Positions 1 to 8,342 of a stretch of 37,433 bases of DNA are shown here, piece by piece. Made by a program: the position numbers and the translations under genes. The notes beneath the pieces are model-generated. The model had not been told where the DNA came from. It ran no database searches and saw nothing but the letters and a program-made list of their open reading frames with translations. The DNA is from a virus (Duplodnaviria > Caudoviricetes). The stretch is from positions 1 to 37,433 of the IMG/VR virus record IMGVR_UViG_3300031949_001698; one strand, written 5' to 3'. How positions within the stretch are numbered: the stretch's first letter is position 1; each line of letters starts with the position of its first letter.

Positions 1-378
1 CAGGCGTTAAGCATATTAAAAGAAGTTCATGGAGAAAAGCACCCCAATATAGCTGCATCTTTAAACAACCTGGGGGCAGCATATGACAGCTTAGGGGAGT
101 ATCAGAAAGCCATAGATTATTATCAACAGGCGTTAAGCATGGATAAGGAATACTATGGAGAACGCAACCCTAAGGTGGCTATTCGCTTAAACAACCTGGG
201 TTTAGCATATGACAGCTTAGGGGAGTATCAGAAAGCCATAGAGTATTATCAACAGGCGTTAAGCATGGATAAGGAATACTATGGAGAGCGCCACCCTAAT
301 ATAGCTGCATCTTTAAACAACCTGGGTTTAGCATATGACAGCTTAGGGGAGTATCAGAAAGCCATAGAGTATTATAAG
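1..378 (+). repeat. Three tandem 126-bp coding repeats
   Basis: Units start CAGGCGTTAAGCAT at 1, 127 and 253 and share GCATATGACAGCTTAGGGGAGTATCAGAAAGCCATAGA exactly. Confidence 0.95.
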
Positions 379-459
379 CAGGCTTGTAATATGCTCATGA
401 AGTTTTTGCCGGCAAATCATCCTAATATCCAGACAGTTAAGGATAATATTATAGACTGA
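1..459 (+). CDS. TPR-repeat protein (42-aa kinesin-light-chain/TPR_12-type units), 5'-truncated
   Basis: Frame +1 is open from base 1. It has three units of QALSxxKExxGExHPxxAxxLNNLGxAYDSLGEYQKAIxYY plus the capping helix LPANHPNIQTVKDNI. The ATG at 139 is internal. Confidence 0.9.
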   Translation, partial: QALSILKEVHGEKHPNIAASLNNLGAAYDSLGEYQKAIDYYQQALSMDKEYYGERNPKVAIRLNNLGLAYDSLGEYQKAIEYYQQALSMDKEYYGERHPNIAASLNNLGLAYDSLGEYQKAIEYYKQACNMLMKFLPANHPNIQTVKDNIID

Positions 460-570
460 GGATTAAAAAAATAAAAGGAGAATACAGAAATAGACATCCG
501 TACGTTGATAACCGTTAAATTCTTGGGCCGGCTCAATACCTAATAATAAATTTAGTAAAGTAAGGATAAT

Positions 571-984
571 ATGAATTTTCAAAAAGTTTTATTAGCTGGT
601 CATCTCACAGCCACGCCGGAGCTAAAGCATAGCCAGGATGGGAATGCCTTCTTAAACTTTGATATAGCCGTCAACGAGTCTTGCACACCGAAAGGCGGCG
701 AATGGGTAAAGAGTGTTACCTTTGCCCCCGTTATCTGCTTTGGTAAGGTTGCGGAGAATTGCGCTAAATATTTGCAAAAAGGTTCAGGCGTTTTTGTGGA
801 AGGGAAATTATATAATAGCGAATGGGAAACGGCGGGGGGCGAAAAGCGGCAGCGGCTACAGGTTAAGGCGATGATGGTTCAGTTTTTGACAAAGCCAAAA
901 GAGGAAAGCAACCAAGCGCCAAAGCCAGAAGCTGCGCCGGCAGCCAAAGCTAAATGGGAGAAAGATGATAATATCCCATTTTAG
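571..984 (+). CDS. ssb: Single-stranded DNA-binding protein
   Basis: N-terminal KVLLAGHLTATPELK, central AENCAKYLQKGSGVFVEGKL, acidic tail DDNIPF. Confidence 0.95.
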   Translation: MNFQKVLLAGHLTATPELKHSQDGNAFLNFDIAVNESCTPKGGEWVKSVTFAPVICFGKVAENCAKYLQKGSGVFVEGKLYNSEWETAGGEKRQRLQVKAMMVQFLTKPKEESNQAPKPEAAPAAKAKWEKDDNIPF

Positions 985-992
985 GAGATAAA

Positions 993-1175
993 ATGACACA
1001 ATTAACTGTCCATTTTTATAAGAGTAAAAAGCCAAAAAGTAAACGAACGGGCGTGATATATCTAAATTATGTCTGGGGCGATACGGACGTAAATATAAAA
1101 TGTGATTATTATGGCAGGTTCACGCCTAAAAAATGCCTAGAAACAGTGCTAAAGTCTCTTAGAGGGAGAAAATAA
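993..1175 (+). CDS. Small basic hypothetical protein
   Basis: AGGAG RBS; fills the gap between ssb and the exonuclease. Confidence 0.7.
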   Translation: MTQLTVHFYKSKKPKSKRTGVIYLNYVWGDTDVNIKCDYYGRFTPKKCLETVLKSLRGRK

Positions 1176-1176
1176 G

Positions 1177-2118
1177 ATGAATAAAAAAGAGAGGCGGAAT
1201 TACATCGGCGGCTCTGACGTACACCACGTCTTGAGCGTAGAGCCTTACGGATGCGCCCGAAGGCTCTGGTACGAGAAACGAGAAACGCCGGAAGATTATA
1301 CGGAAGCCGATAATCCGTATTACCGTAAAGGTAATTTACTTGAGGAACCGGCCGCACAAATTTTTATGGCAGAAATGAAAACGATTTTAAAAACGCCCAA
1401 ACATAAAACACGAAACGACTTTTTTTCCGGTCATTGCGACCGTGAAATTGTAAATGCGGCGGGGGAAAGAGATGGTATTTGGGAGGGGAAAGCCCCCAGC
1501 AGAAATGTTTACCAACAAATTAAAAAGACCGGCATCCCGCTTAATTATGTCCTGCAAGTCCAATATTATCTATGGCTATATAATTATCTGTATGGCTGGA
1601 TAACAGTGCTCTACGTAGGAGATAGTCTCCCGATTGTAGAAGCTCTTCACTTGGAAATTAAAAGGGACGAAGAATTAATTCTTCAAATTTTAGACGCCTG
1701 CCATAACTTCTGGCGGATGCTGCTAAACGGCCCGGCGCCGGAACAATTAGCGCCTACAGACGCCCGCTGCCAAAAATGCTTGTGGCGAAAAACTTGCCAG
1801 GGTTTAGGTGAGATTTCCCTCTTGCCTGAGGAAGGGGATTATCAAATAGTAAATGAGCCGGTGTTAGAGCAATGCTGTGCTGATTACAAAGAAGCGCAGG
1901 GATTGATTAAAGAGGCGGAAGAGCTAAAAAATGAAAGAGGGGAGGCTTTAAAGATTTTAATGGGCGAACGGCAAAAGGTTGCCACTTCTGCCGGCAAAAT
2001 TTGCTATCAGCAAATAGCAAAAGAAAGTTGGGATACGAAGCTTCTGGATAAAACATATCCAGAGATGAAGATGAAGTTTTTGAAGCAAACAAATTATAGA
2101 AGTTTAAGAGTTTTTTAA
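1177..2118 (+). CDS. YqaJ-like viral recombination exonuclease
   Basis: RRNYIGGSD motif, GNLLEE, SGHCDRE, WEGKA (PD-(D/E)xK), YVLQVQYYL. Confidence 0.9.
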   Translation: MNKKERRNYIGGSDVHHVLSVEPYGCARRLWYEKRETPEDYTEADNPYYRKGNLLEEPAAQIFMAEMKTILKTPKHKTRNDFFSGHCDREIVNAAGERDGIWEGKAPSRNVYQQIKKTGIPLNYVLQVQYYLWLYNYLYGWITVLYVGDSLPIVEALHLEIKRDEELILQILDACHNFWRMLLNGPAPEQLAPTDARCQKCLWRKTCQGLGEISLLPEEGDYQIVNEPVLEQCCADYKEAQGLIKEAEELKNERGEALKILMGERQKVATSAGKICYQQIAKESWDTKLLDKTYPEMKMKFLKQTNYRSLRVF

Positions 2119-2142
2119 AGGAAAAATGAAAGGAGAAAGAAA

Positions 2143-3321
2143 ATGGACGAATTGGGCGGGAATGCGGGAGAATTGATTAGACAAGGCGCTGCGCTGGAAC
2201 AGGTAAAAACAGAATATCACACTGCCGTAAGAGTCCAGGTCAAGAGAGACCTAAATGAAATCAACGAGGCAATAAAAACAGAAGCTGAGCTTGCCGGTTC
2301 TTCGTTTTATTATTCTTGGCCGGTACAAAAGAAGCTCAGCGACGGCAAGTACATAACGATCTACATTGAGGGGCCGTCGGTAGGTCTGACAAGGTCTGCA
2401 GCCCGGAATTTTAAAAATTGTGCCGTAGAAGTCAGTCTCGCTGAAACAGATTCCACGTACATATTTAGGGGCAGATTTATTGACGTGGAGTCTGGGGTTA
2501 CGGTAACAAGGCTTTTCCGACAAAGTAAAGAAAAAAATATCGGCTCCAAATACGAAAAAGACCGAGCAGAGGATATGATTTTCCAAATCGGTCAAAGCAA
2601 AGCGCTTAGGAATGTTATCAGGGAGGGAATTCCAAAATGGATAATTGATAACGCTATGGAGGCCGCTATAAATGCTGTAAATAAGGGAATTACCGAAGAA
2701 AACGTTAAAGAAAAGAGAGAGATTGCGTTTGCCTATTTTGAGACAAAGGGTATCCCTAAAAAAAGGGTGTTAGACTTTTTGAGAAAAGATGAAGGGTATG
2801 TAAAACGGAATGATATTCTTTTTCTAGGCGGCCTCAAAAGCCGGATTGAAGACGGGGAGCCGGCGGAAAGCGTTTTCTTTGTCGAGACAGTAGAAGAAAA
2901 AACAGAAAACAAGATAAACAAGCTTAAAGAAAATCTTAATGCCGCAAAAGGGAAAGCAGCGCCCCCCACCACCGCTGCTCCCGCTGCAACTCCGGCGCCT
3001 GCGCCAGAAACGCCGGTAGGAAAAGGTGCTAAAGAAACAGAGAAAGCTTGTCGGAATTGCGGGATACTGGGTTATCGGGGATTTAAAAAATCAGGTGAAA
3101 ATTGGCTTTGCAGCAAATGCTCAGGATTGGCCTATCCAGTAGCGGCGAAGGCTGAACTAAAACCAGCAGGTAACCCCAGCTTTTGCGGCGGCTGCGGCGA
3201 GGTTTTCGAGAAGACTTACCAGCCCCCAATTATAGAAAAAGACGGCCAGCCAATTTACGCCTGCGCTCTCTGTATAACAAAGAGCATTAAGAATATTGCC
3301 GGCGACCGCCAAGAATTTTAG
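2143..3321 (+). CDS. Putative ssDNA-annealing/recombination protein with C-terminal zinc fingers
   Basis: Directly follows the exonuclease. IEGPSVGLTRSAARNFKNC resembles phage proteins found at this position. A Pro/Ala linker is followed by four CxxC pairs. Function is inferred from gene order. Confidence 0.55.
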   Translation: MDELGGNAGELIRQGAALEQVKTEYHTAVRVQVKRDLNEINEAIKTEAELAGSSFYYSWPVQKKLSDGKYITIYIEGPSVGLTRSAARNFKNCAVEVSLAETDSTYIFRGRFIDVESGVTVTRLFRQSKEKNIGSKYEKDRAEDMIFQIGQSKALRNVIREGIPKWIIDNAMEAAINAVNKGITEENVKEKREIAFAYFETKGIPKKRVLDFLRKDEGYVKRNDILFLGGLKSRIEDGEPAESVFFVETVEEKTENKINKLKENLNAAKGKAAPPTTAAPAATPAPAPETPVGKGAKETEKACRNCGILGYRGFKKSGENWLCSKCSGLAYPVAAKAELKPAGNPSFCGGCGEVFEKTYQPPIIEKDGQPIYACALCITKSIKNIAGDRQEF

Positions 3322-3333
3322 TAAGGAGAAGAC

Positions 3334-3981
3334 ATGGAAAACAAAGAATTGATGCATAAAAGTCAGTCATTTATAGCGACCTTGAACTTATTGATAGTTG
3401 AAAAGATGGAACAGAATTTGGTAGCTTTTAATTATCTAAAAGAGCTAAATGACCGGATTAAAAAGGTTAAAGAGCATTTCCAGCCCACTATTGACGCTGC
3501 CCACAATGCTCACAAGCTGGCAATAGCTGCCAGAGATGAAATTTTAGACCCGCTGGCTGAAGCAAAAGAAGGGCTAACTTTAAAAATGGCTAATTATGCC
3601 AACGAAGAAAAACGTAAAGCTGGAGAAAGAGCCAGAATAGAAAAAGAAACTGCTGACCAAATTGAACGGGAACGCCTTGCCAATATAGCGGAAATGCAGA
3701 AAGCAGCAGGCTTTCTGGAAAAGGCAAAAATAACCGTTACCCAAATTAAGCAGGTGGATACGCCGGCGCCATTTATTCCAAAGACAGAAACGGCGCCCGG
3801 TCAAAGTTTTATCGAATATTGGTCGGCGGAAATTGAGAATAAGTCTAAAATCCCGCTGGATTTTTTACTGCCGGACATGGTGAGGCTAAATCAAATCGCC
3901 AGACAAACGAAAGGGCAAACTACTATTCCAGGCGTTAAATTTGTCTCTCATATGGTCCCGAGAGAATCAGGGAAACGGTGA
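3334..3981 (+). CDS. Coiled-coil phage protein of recombination modules
   Basis: AGGAG RBS; long helical region; C-terminal IPLDFLLPD...TIPGVKF motif. Confidence 0.6.
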   Translation: MENKELMHKSQSFIATLNLLIVEKMEQNLVAFNYLKELNDRIKKVKEHFQPTIDAAHNAHKLAIAARDEILDPLAEAKEGLTLKMANYANEEKRKAGERARIEKETADQIERERLANIAEMQKAAGFLEKAKITVTQIKQVDTPAPFIPKTETAPGQSFIEYWSAEIENKSKIPLDFLLPDMVRLNQIARQTKGQTTIPGVKFVSHMVPRESGKR

Positions 3982-4074
3982 AAAATGGAAAGTAACTTTG
4001 ATTCTTTAACCGGATTTTAGAAGCTACAGTTCCACACCTAAAAAGGCGGGGCTGGGGAATTGACTTAACTGACT

Positions 4075-4599
4075 TTTCCTCAGCCCTAAAAACAAAAGGA
4101 GATAAGAATATGAGCAAAAAGAACCGAAAGAAGTGGAGGTGAAATGATGGTTAGCGAAGTTAGAAGAGTGCCTAAAGATTGGAAGCACCCCAAAGATGAG
4201 GCCGGGGAATTTATCCCGCTTTTAAGCGGGAATTTTAAAGAACAATTAAAATCTTGGCTGAAAGGTAAACAGCAGTGGGATCTTGGCTTTTATCTTAGGA
4301 ATAAAAAATGGGTTAAGAAAACACCAGATATAACCGGGACTTATGAAGATTGGGATAGCGAATGCCCAAAAGAAGAAGATTTTATGCCAGGATTTTTAGA
4401 AGCTGAAAAAACTCACTACCAGATGTATGAGGAGTCCACAGAGGGGACGCCTATTTCTCCGGTCATGGAGACGCCAGAGGCATTAGCGCACTGGTTGGCT
4501 GATAATAATGCGTCTGCTGAGCAGCGGCTGGCTATAATTAATAAGGGCTGGTCTGTCTGCATGGTACTTCACATTTCCTCAGCCCTAAAAACAAAAGGA
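4075..4599 (+). repeat. 26-bp perfect direct repeat flanking one gene
   Basis: TTTCCTCAGCCCTAAAAACAAAAGGA at 4075-4100 and 4574-4599. Confidence 0.9.
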
Positions 4600-4602
4600 T
4601 AA
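4144..4602 (+). CDS. Conserved phage hypothetical protein
   Basis: GGAGGT RBS; motifs EVRRVPKDWKHP and YQMYEESTEGTPISPVMETPEALAHWL. Confidence 0.8.
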   Translation: MMVSEVRRVPKDWKHPKDEAGEFIPLLSGNFKEQLKSWLKGKQQWDLGFYLRNKKWVKKTPDITGTYEDWDSECPKEEDFMPGFLEAEKTHYQMYEESTEGTPISPVMETPEALAHWLADNNASAEQRLAIINKGWSVCMVLHISSALKTKG

Positions 4603-4607
4603 ATAAA

Positions 4608-4778
4608 ATGGAAGCTAAATGTATATGTGGGGGCGATTTGAAATTTACTGACATCTTAGATAAAGCGCCTACAAACATTACCGCTAATTTACAATGTAAA
4701 GTTTGCCGGCAAGATTATACAGCCACCTATGACTTGGTAGAGATTAAAATGCTGGCTGAAAAGTGGGGGATGCCATGA
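4608..4778 (+). CDS. 56-aa zinc-ribbon protein (below ORF-track cutoff)
   Basis: Hand translation MEAKCICGG...LQCKVCRQDY...WGMP*; AAGGA upstream; ATGA overlap with the next gene. Confidence 0.7.
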   Translation: MEAKCICGGDLKFTDILDKAPTNITANLQCKVCRQDYTATYDLVEIKMLAEKWGMP

Positions 4779-4990
4779 AAATAACTATTGGGGGAACAGA
4801 ATTTTTCTGGCATCCAGATGTCGCTGCAAATTGTGGAAGTTGCGGCTGTTGGAGACCCGCTTTTGAAGAAGAAAACGGGGGCGGTATCTGGATACAAAAC
4901 GAGGAAGAGCCGGGAAAAGATTTTAAGCCAGGGAGAAACATTTGCTCGGATTGTTTGGAAAGTGAGCTAATGGCGGAAAAGAGTTTTTAA
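4775..4990 (+). CDS. Small zinc-finger protein
   Basis: CGSC...CSDC; start placed at the ATGA overlap (4775). Confidence 0.7.
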   Translation: MKITIGGTEFFWHPDVAANCGSCGCWRPAFEEENGGGIWIQNEEEPGKDFKPGRNICSDCLESELMAEKSF

Positions 4991-5042
4991 AAACCTTTTT
5001 GGAAACATTAAGGATAAACAAAGAGATGAGGGGAGCTTAAGA

Positions 5043-5570
5043 ATGTTACGTTTTATGACTGATGAAGAAGTAGTAGAAGAATTTGGGGTAATCCCGGTTG
5101 AAAGGATAGAGCCTAATGGCGCTATTATCCTAAAATATGGCCACCGCTGGGGACGGGATAACATCCTAAAAGTATTTATCCCTCAGCTTAAGGGCGTTAA
5201 AACCTACGGAGAGCCTAGTAGAGACGAAATGTCTGGGTTTTTATGGGGGCATAAAAAGGTTTTACCCAGATTCCATGCAGCGTTTAAAGAGATTGAAGAA
5301 TTAAACCTTTTGTCTCTGGTTATCTTTTGGGGTGGCGGCTTAAATCCACGGCTTATCAGAGGCAGCAAAACCAGGTTATCCCGGCATTGCTGGGACGCCT
5401 TTGATTTAAACCCCCAGCAAAATCCTTTAGGCGGAGAACCGGCGAAAGAGGGGGAAATAGGTTGCCTGCTGCCATTAATTCCGATATTTGAGAAGCACGG
5501 ATTTATTAATGGCGGCGGCTTCACCGGCAGGCCGGATTGGATGCACTTTGAGACCGGGATAGAGGTGTAA
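5043..5570 (+). CDS. M15-family zinc peptidoglycan peptidase (putative endolysin)
   Basis: WGGGLNPRLIRG, LSRHCWDAFDLN, IFEKHGF, DWMHFE. Confidence 0.85.
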   Translation: MLRFMTDEEVVEEFGVIPVERIEPNGAIILKYGHRWGRDNILKVFIPQLKGVKTYGEPSRDEMSGFLWGHKKVLPRFHAAFKEIEELNLLSLVIFWGGGLNPRLIRGSKTRLSRHCWDAFDLNPQQNPLGGEPAKEGEIGCLLPLIPIFEKHGFINGGGFTGRPDWMHFETGIEV

Positions 5571-5644
5571 AATGTGCGCAGGGAGTGATTCTCTTTTTAA
5601 CAGGCACTTAACGTTTTGATAATGAAAAGAGGCTGAGATTAACC

Positions 5645-5899
5645 ATGATTATCAGGGTGTTTGTCCGTACAGAGAAAAATATTTGGTCGGATGAAAAAAT
5701 GACCATAGCTTGTATAGATGATATTCAAAAAATGACCAAAGGACTTATGGACGAAATTTTTAAGGGAGAGGGAGCGGAGAAATATTATGAAATTAAAACA
5801 ATGCCTAGAGATTTTAAGATTAATACAGTCAACTATCCAACAGGGATTGACAGAGATATAGGATTAAAGCACAAATTGAGGCTGGAGAAAAAGCCTTGA
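5645..5899 (+). CDS. Hypothetical protein
   Basis: 84-aa ORF co-oriented with its neighbours; no recognised motif. Confidence 0.55.
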   Translation: MIIRVFVRTEKNIWSDEKMTIACIDDIQKMTKGLMDEIFKGEGAEKYYEIKTMPRDFKINTVNYPTGIDRDIGLKHKLRLEKKP

Positions 5900-6124
5900 A
5901 GCTCTAGGGGTTAAGTTTTTTTACCTCTACTCAATTAGTGGATTGCTATGAATTCCCGCCGTCATTATGTGAAGATTCCAGACAAAAAAAGAGCTGGGAC
6001 GGGGAAGCAGAAATTAATCTTTCCCCTTTATATGAGGGAAACTATAAAGAATACTTAGGGGATATAATAAACCTTAAATTTAATGAGTTAAAAAGTAAAA
6101 TGAAAAATGAAAAAAATAATATGC

Positions 6125-6154
6125 TTGACAACCTAAAAAGTCCCGTGTTAATCT
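6125..6154 (+). promoter_or_regulatory. Sigma70-type promoter upstream of the replication initiator
   Basis: TTGACA (6125-6130), 18-nt spacer, TGn-TAATCT (6149-6154). Confidence 0.6.
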
Positions 6155-6169
6155 ATCCGCATCCTTATC

Positions 6170-6230
6170 AGAGCGGCCTAAACGGGGCTTATAATCCCGC
6201 TATGGCCTCCCAGACTCGGCTGGCCGCTCT
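6170..6230 (+). ncRNA. Candidate structured leader/antisense RNA (C4-like topology)
   Basis: 9-bp outer stem AGAGCGGCC/GGCCGCTCT encloses two hairpins. Loop 2 (TCCCAGACTC) is complementary to downstream GTCTGG copies. Confidence 0.5.
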
Positions 6231-6267
6231 ACTCCTTATTTGGGTCTGGAGAATGCGAGTCTGGAGA

Positions 6268-7206
6268 ATGACTGAAAAAAATAAAACCTACACTAAAATA
6301 CCAAACGAACTTATAGATAAATTAATTTCTTACCGGTTACCCGGCGAAGAGATGAAAATATTTTTTATGATTTTACGCCAAACTTTAGGTTGGGGTAAAA
6401 AATCAGACCAGATTTCTCTTTCTCAATTTGCAGAAAAAACAGGGATGAAAAAACCATCAGTTCTCCAGTGTTTAAATTCTCTGTTAGCCAAAAAGCTAAT
6501 AACCGTTAGCCAAAAAGCTAACGATTTAACAAAAACTTATTCAATACCAGATACTTCCGGTAAATCTTGGAAGCCGTTAGCCAAAAAGCTAACGTTAGCC
6601 AATTCCCTAACAACCGTTAGCCAATTCCCTAACAAACCGTTAGCCAATTCCCTACCTACAAAAGAAACTCTTAAAGAAACTCTTAAAGAAATACCCCCCT
6701 TATATCCCCCCGAGGGGGACTTAGATAAACCGTCTAAAAATAAACCCCCTAAGAAAAAACCTAATGACTATACCCCAGACTTTTTAAAGTTCTGGGAAAT
6801 ATATCCACGCAAAGAAGATAAAGGGCGTGCATTAAAATCATGGAATAACGCTTTAAAGCGTGGGATAACTCCGGAAATGACAATCGCCGGACTTACTCGT
6901 AATTTTAACTGGCTAAAAGAGCAAGCAACAAAAGACCCGCTAAATAATTATTGTAAAAAAGCTTGTTACTGGCTGGATGATGACTGTTATTTAGACGACC
7001 ACTCTGCACCGGCGGTAGAGAATCCTCCCTCTTTGCCGCCGGCTGCTAAACTTGAATTTAGGCCGCACCCAGACGGCTCTGGCTTGCTTATAACCAAAGA
7101 TGGGCGGCTGTGGACTCCAGAGAAAAAGAAGTATTTGAACGGTGGAATCCAATCAACGTGTTCGCCGGAAATTTTAAGAAAGGTGTTTAAAAATGTTAAT
7201 TTATAA
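6268..7206 (+). CDS. Phage replication initiator, lambda O-like
   Basis: YTKIPNELI...ILRQTLGWGKKSDQISLSQFAEKTG winged-helix N-terminus, internal iterons, FLKFWEIYPRKEDK C-terminal domain. The frame is open from 5938, but the O-like domain begins at ATG 6268. Confidence 0.85.
   Translation: MTEKNKTYTKIPNELIDKLISYRLPGEEMKIFFMILRQTLGWGKKSDQISLSQFAEKTGMKKPSVLQCLNSLLAKKLITVSQKANDLTKTYSIPDTSGKSWKPLAKKLTLANSLTTVSQFPNKPLANSLPTKETLKETLKEIPPLYPPEGDLDKPSKNKPPKKKPNDYTPDFLKFWEIYPRKEDKGRALKSWNNALKRGITPEMTIAGLTRNFNWLKEQATKDPLNNYCKKACYWLDDDCYLDDHSAPAVENPPSLPPAAKLEFRPHPDGSGLLITKDGRLWTPEKKKYLNGGIQSTCSPEILRKVFKNVNL
6483..6690 (+). repeat. Replication origin iterons inside the initiator gene
   Basis: GTTAGCCAAAAAGCTAA at 6483, 6505 and 6576; GTTAGCCAATTCCCTA at 6594, 6616 and 6639; then an A-rich AAAGAAACTCTT tandem (6661-6690). 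Confidence 0.85.
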
Positions 7207-7888
7207 ATTAACAGACCAAGAAATGAAAACATTTAAAGGGTTTGAGTGGAAGCTGGGCGTCAAAGTTACGGCTTCTGGCATTCAGGGGCTATGTACAAAC
7301 GGCTGGCTGCACGGTTACGAACATCCGTTGTTGGCAATTTTCCATAATCCAATTCATGCAAACTATCCTCACCCACGGTTATTCGAAGCTGAGACTACGG
7401 ACGAAAAGCCGCTAAGGGATGGGTTTTTAAAATTAGGCGTCCGAAATCTGACGCTTATCAAAGAAATTTTAGTGCCAGAAGTGTCATTAGAACAAAAGGT
7501 TGCCTACGGCATTTTATGCGCAAAAGAAGTTTACCCAGCCGCTACCTGGCAGCAGTGGGCGAATGATTGGTTATCGAGGGGGGGCAGAAGTGAAAGGTTG
7601 GCTGCCGCAGCGTTAGAAGCAACGTGGGCGTCAAAGGAAGCGGGAGCAGCGGTAGCAGCATTGTGGGCAGCGGCGGAAGCAGCGGCAAGGGCAGTGGAAG
7701 CAGCAACGTGGGCGTCAAAGGAAGCGGGAGCAGCAGCAAAGGCAGCGGAAGAAGCAGCGTGGGCAGCGGAAGTAGCGTTAGAAGCAACGTGGGCAGCGGC
7801 GGAAGCAGCGGCAAGGGCAGTGGAAGCAGCAGAGAGATTAAACCTTATAACGATTGCGGAAATTGCAATAAACTTATTTCCTAAATAA
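7193..7888 (+). CDS. Phage protein with Ala/Trp-rich low-complexity repeat tract
   Basis: N-terminal YKLTD...LCTNGWLHGYEHPL...RLFEAE domain, followed by WAAAEAAARA-type repeats. Confidence 0.8.
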   Translation: MLIYKLTDQEMKTFKGFEWKLGVKVTASGIQGLCTNGWLHGYEHPLLAIFHNPIHANYPHPRLFEAETTDEKPLRDGFLKLGVRNLTLIKEILVPEVSLEQKVAYGILCAKEVYPAATWQQWANDWLSRGGRSERLAAAALEATWASKEAGAAVAALWAAAEAAARAVEAATWASKEAGAAAKAAEEAAWAAEVALEATWAAAEAAARAVEAAERLNLITIAEIAINLFPK

Positions 7889-7904
7889 AGAAAAAGAGGA
7901 AAGA

Positions 7905-8342
7905 ATGAAAGAATACCCCATTATTTTTAAAGCAGAATTTCTCTCTTTGATTGAAACTGATATTAAAAAATTAACGCCCCGGCTGTCTGATATTTGGGCG
8001 AAACGGAGGCCGGGGGACTTGCTATGGGTAAAAGAAGCATGGTTGTACGATAGATATTTTGGTGAAGGGTATATGTATAGACGGGGATTCTGGACTTGCG
8101 AAGAGGCTAAATCTTTAAAATGGAATTCCCCTTTATCTATGCCAAAAGAGGCGACCAGGTTGTGGTTAGAAATTGTTAAAATTTGGGAAGAACGGTTACT
8201 TTCTATTACTAAAGAAGGCGTGCAAAAAGAAGGGTTTAAAAACAGAGAAGAATTTTTAGTAGCTTTTGAAAAGATAAACAAAATAAAAAGGGAGACAAAT
8301 CCTACCGTATTTGTTATTGAATTTAGGAGGATAAAAAGATGA
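7905..8342 (+). CDS. ASCH/PUA-like phage protein
   Basis: PIIF, PGDLLWVKEAW, WNSPLSMPKEATRLWLEI, ERLLSIT...EGF, NPTVFVIEF. Confidence 0.75.
   Translation: MKEYPIIFKAEFLSLIETDIKKLTPRLSDIWAKRRPGDLLWVKEAWLYDRYFGEGYMYRRGFWTCEEAKSLKWNSPLSMPKEATRLWLEIVKIWEERLLSITKEGVQKEGFKNREEFLVAFEKINKIKRETNPTVFVIEFRRIKR

Noticed and set aside
1-378. CRISPR array or DGR template/variable repeats
   Set aside because: Repeats are in-frame 126-bp coding units, differences are not adenine-specific, and no RT or cas gene is present.
6170-6230. tRNA-Ile(UAU): the 5-bp stem with loop CTTATAA looks like an anticodon arm
   Set aside because: No D arm, no TTCRA T-loop, only 61 nt; treated as a regulatory RNA candidate instead.
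5938-6267. 110-aa N-terminal extension of the initiator
   Set aside because: The region contains a promoter and RNA stems, and the O-like domain starts at 6268. The 5' part could be a separate gene remnant; unresolved.
6483-6655. Mini-CRISPR array
   Set aside because: Spacers are 1-6 bp apart from one gap, and the repeats lie inside a lambda-O-like gene, which fits iterons.
7542-7884. Pro/Leu-rich (-) and Gly/Ser-rich (+) ORFs
   Set aside because: Alternative-frame shadows of the Ala-rich repeat.
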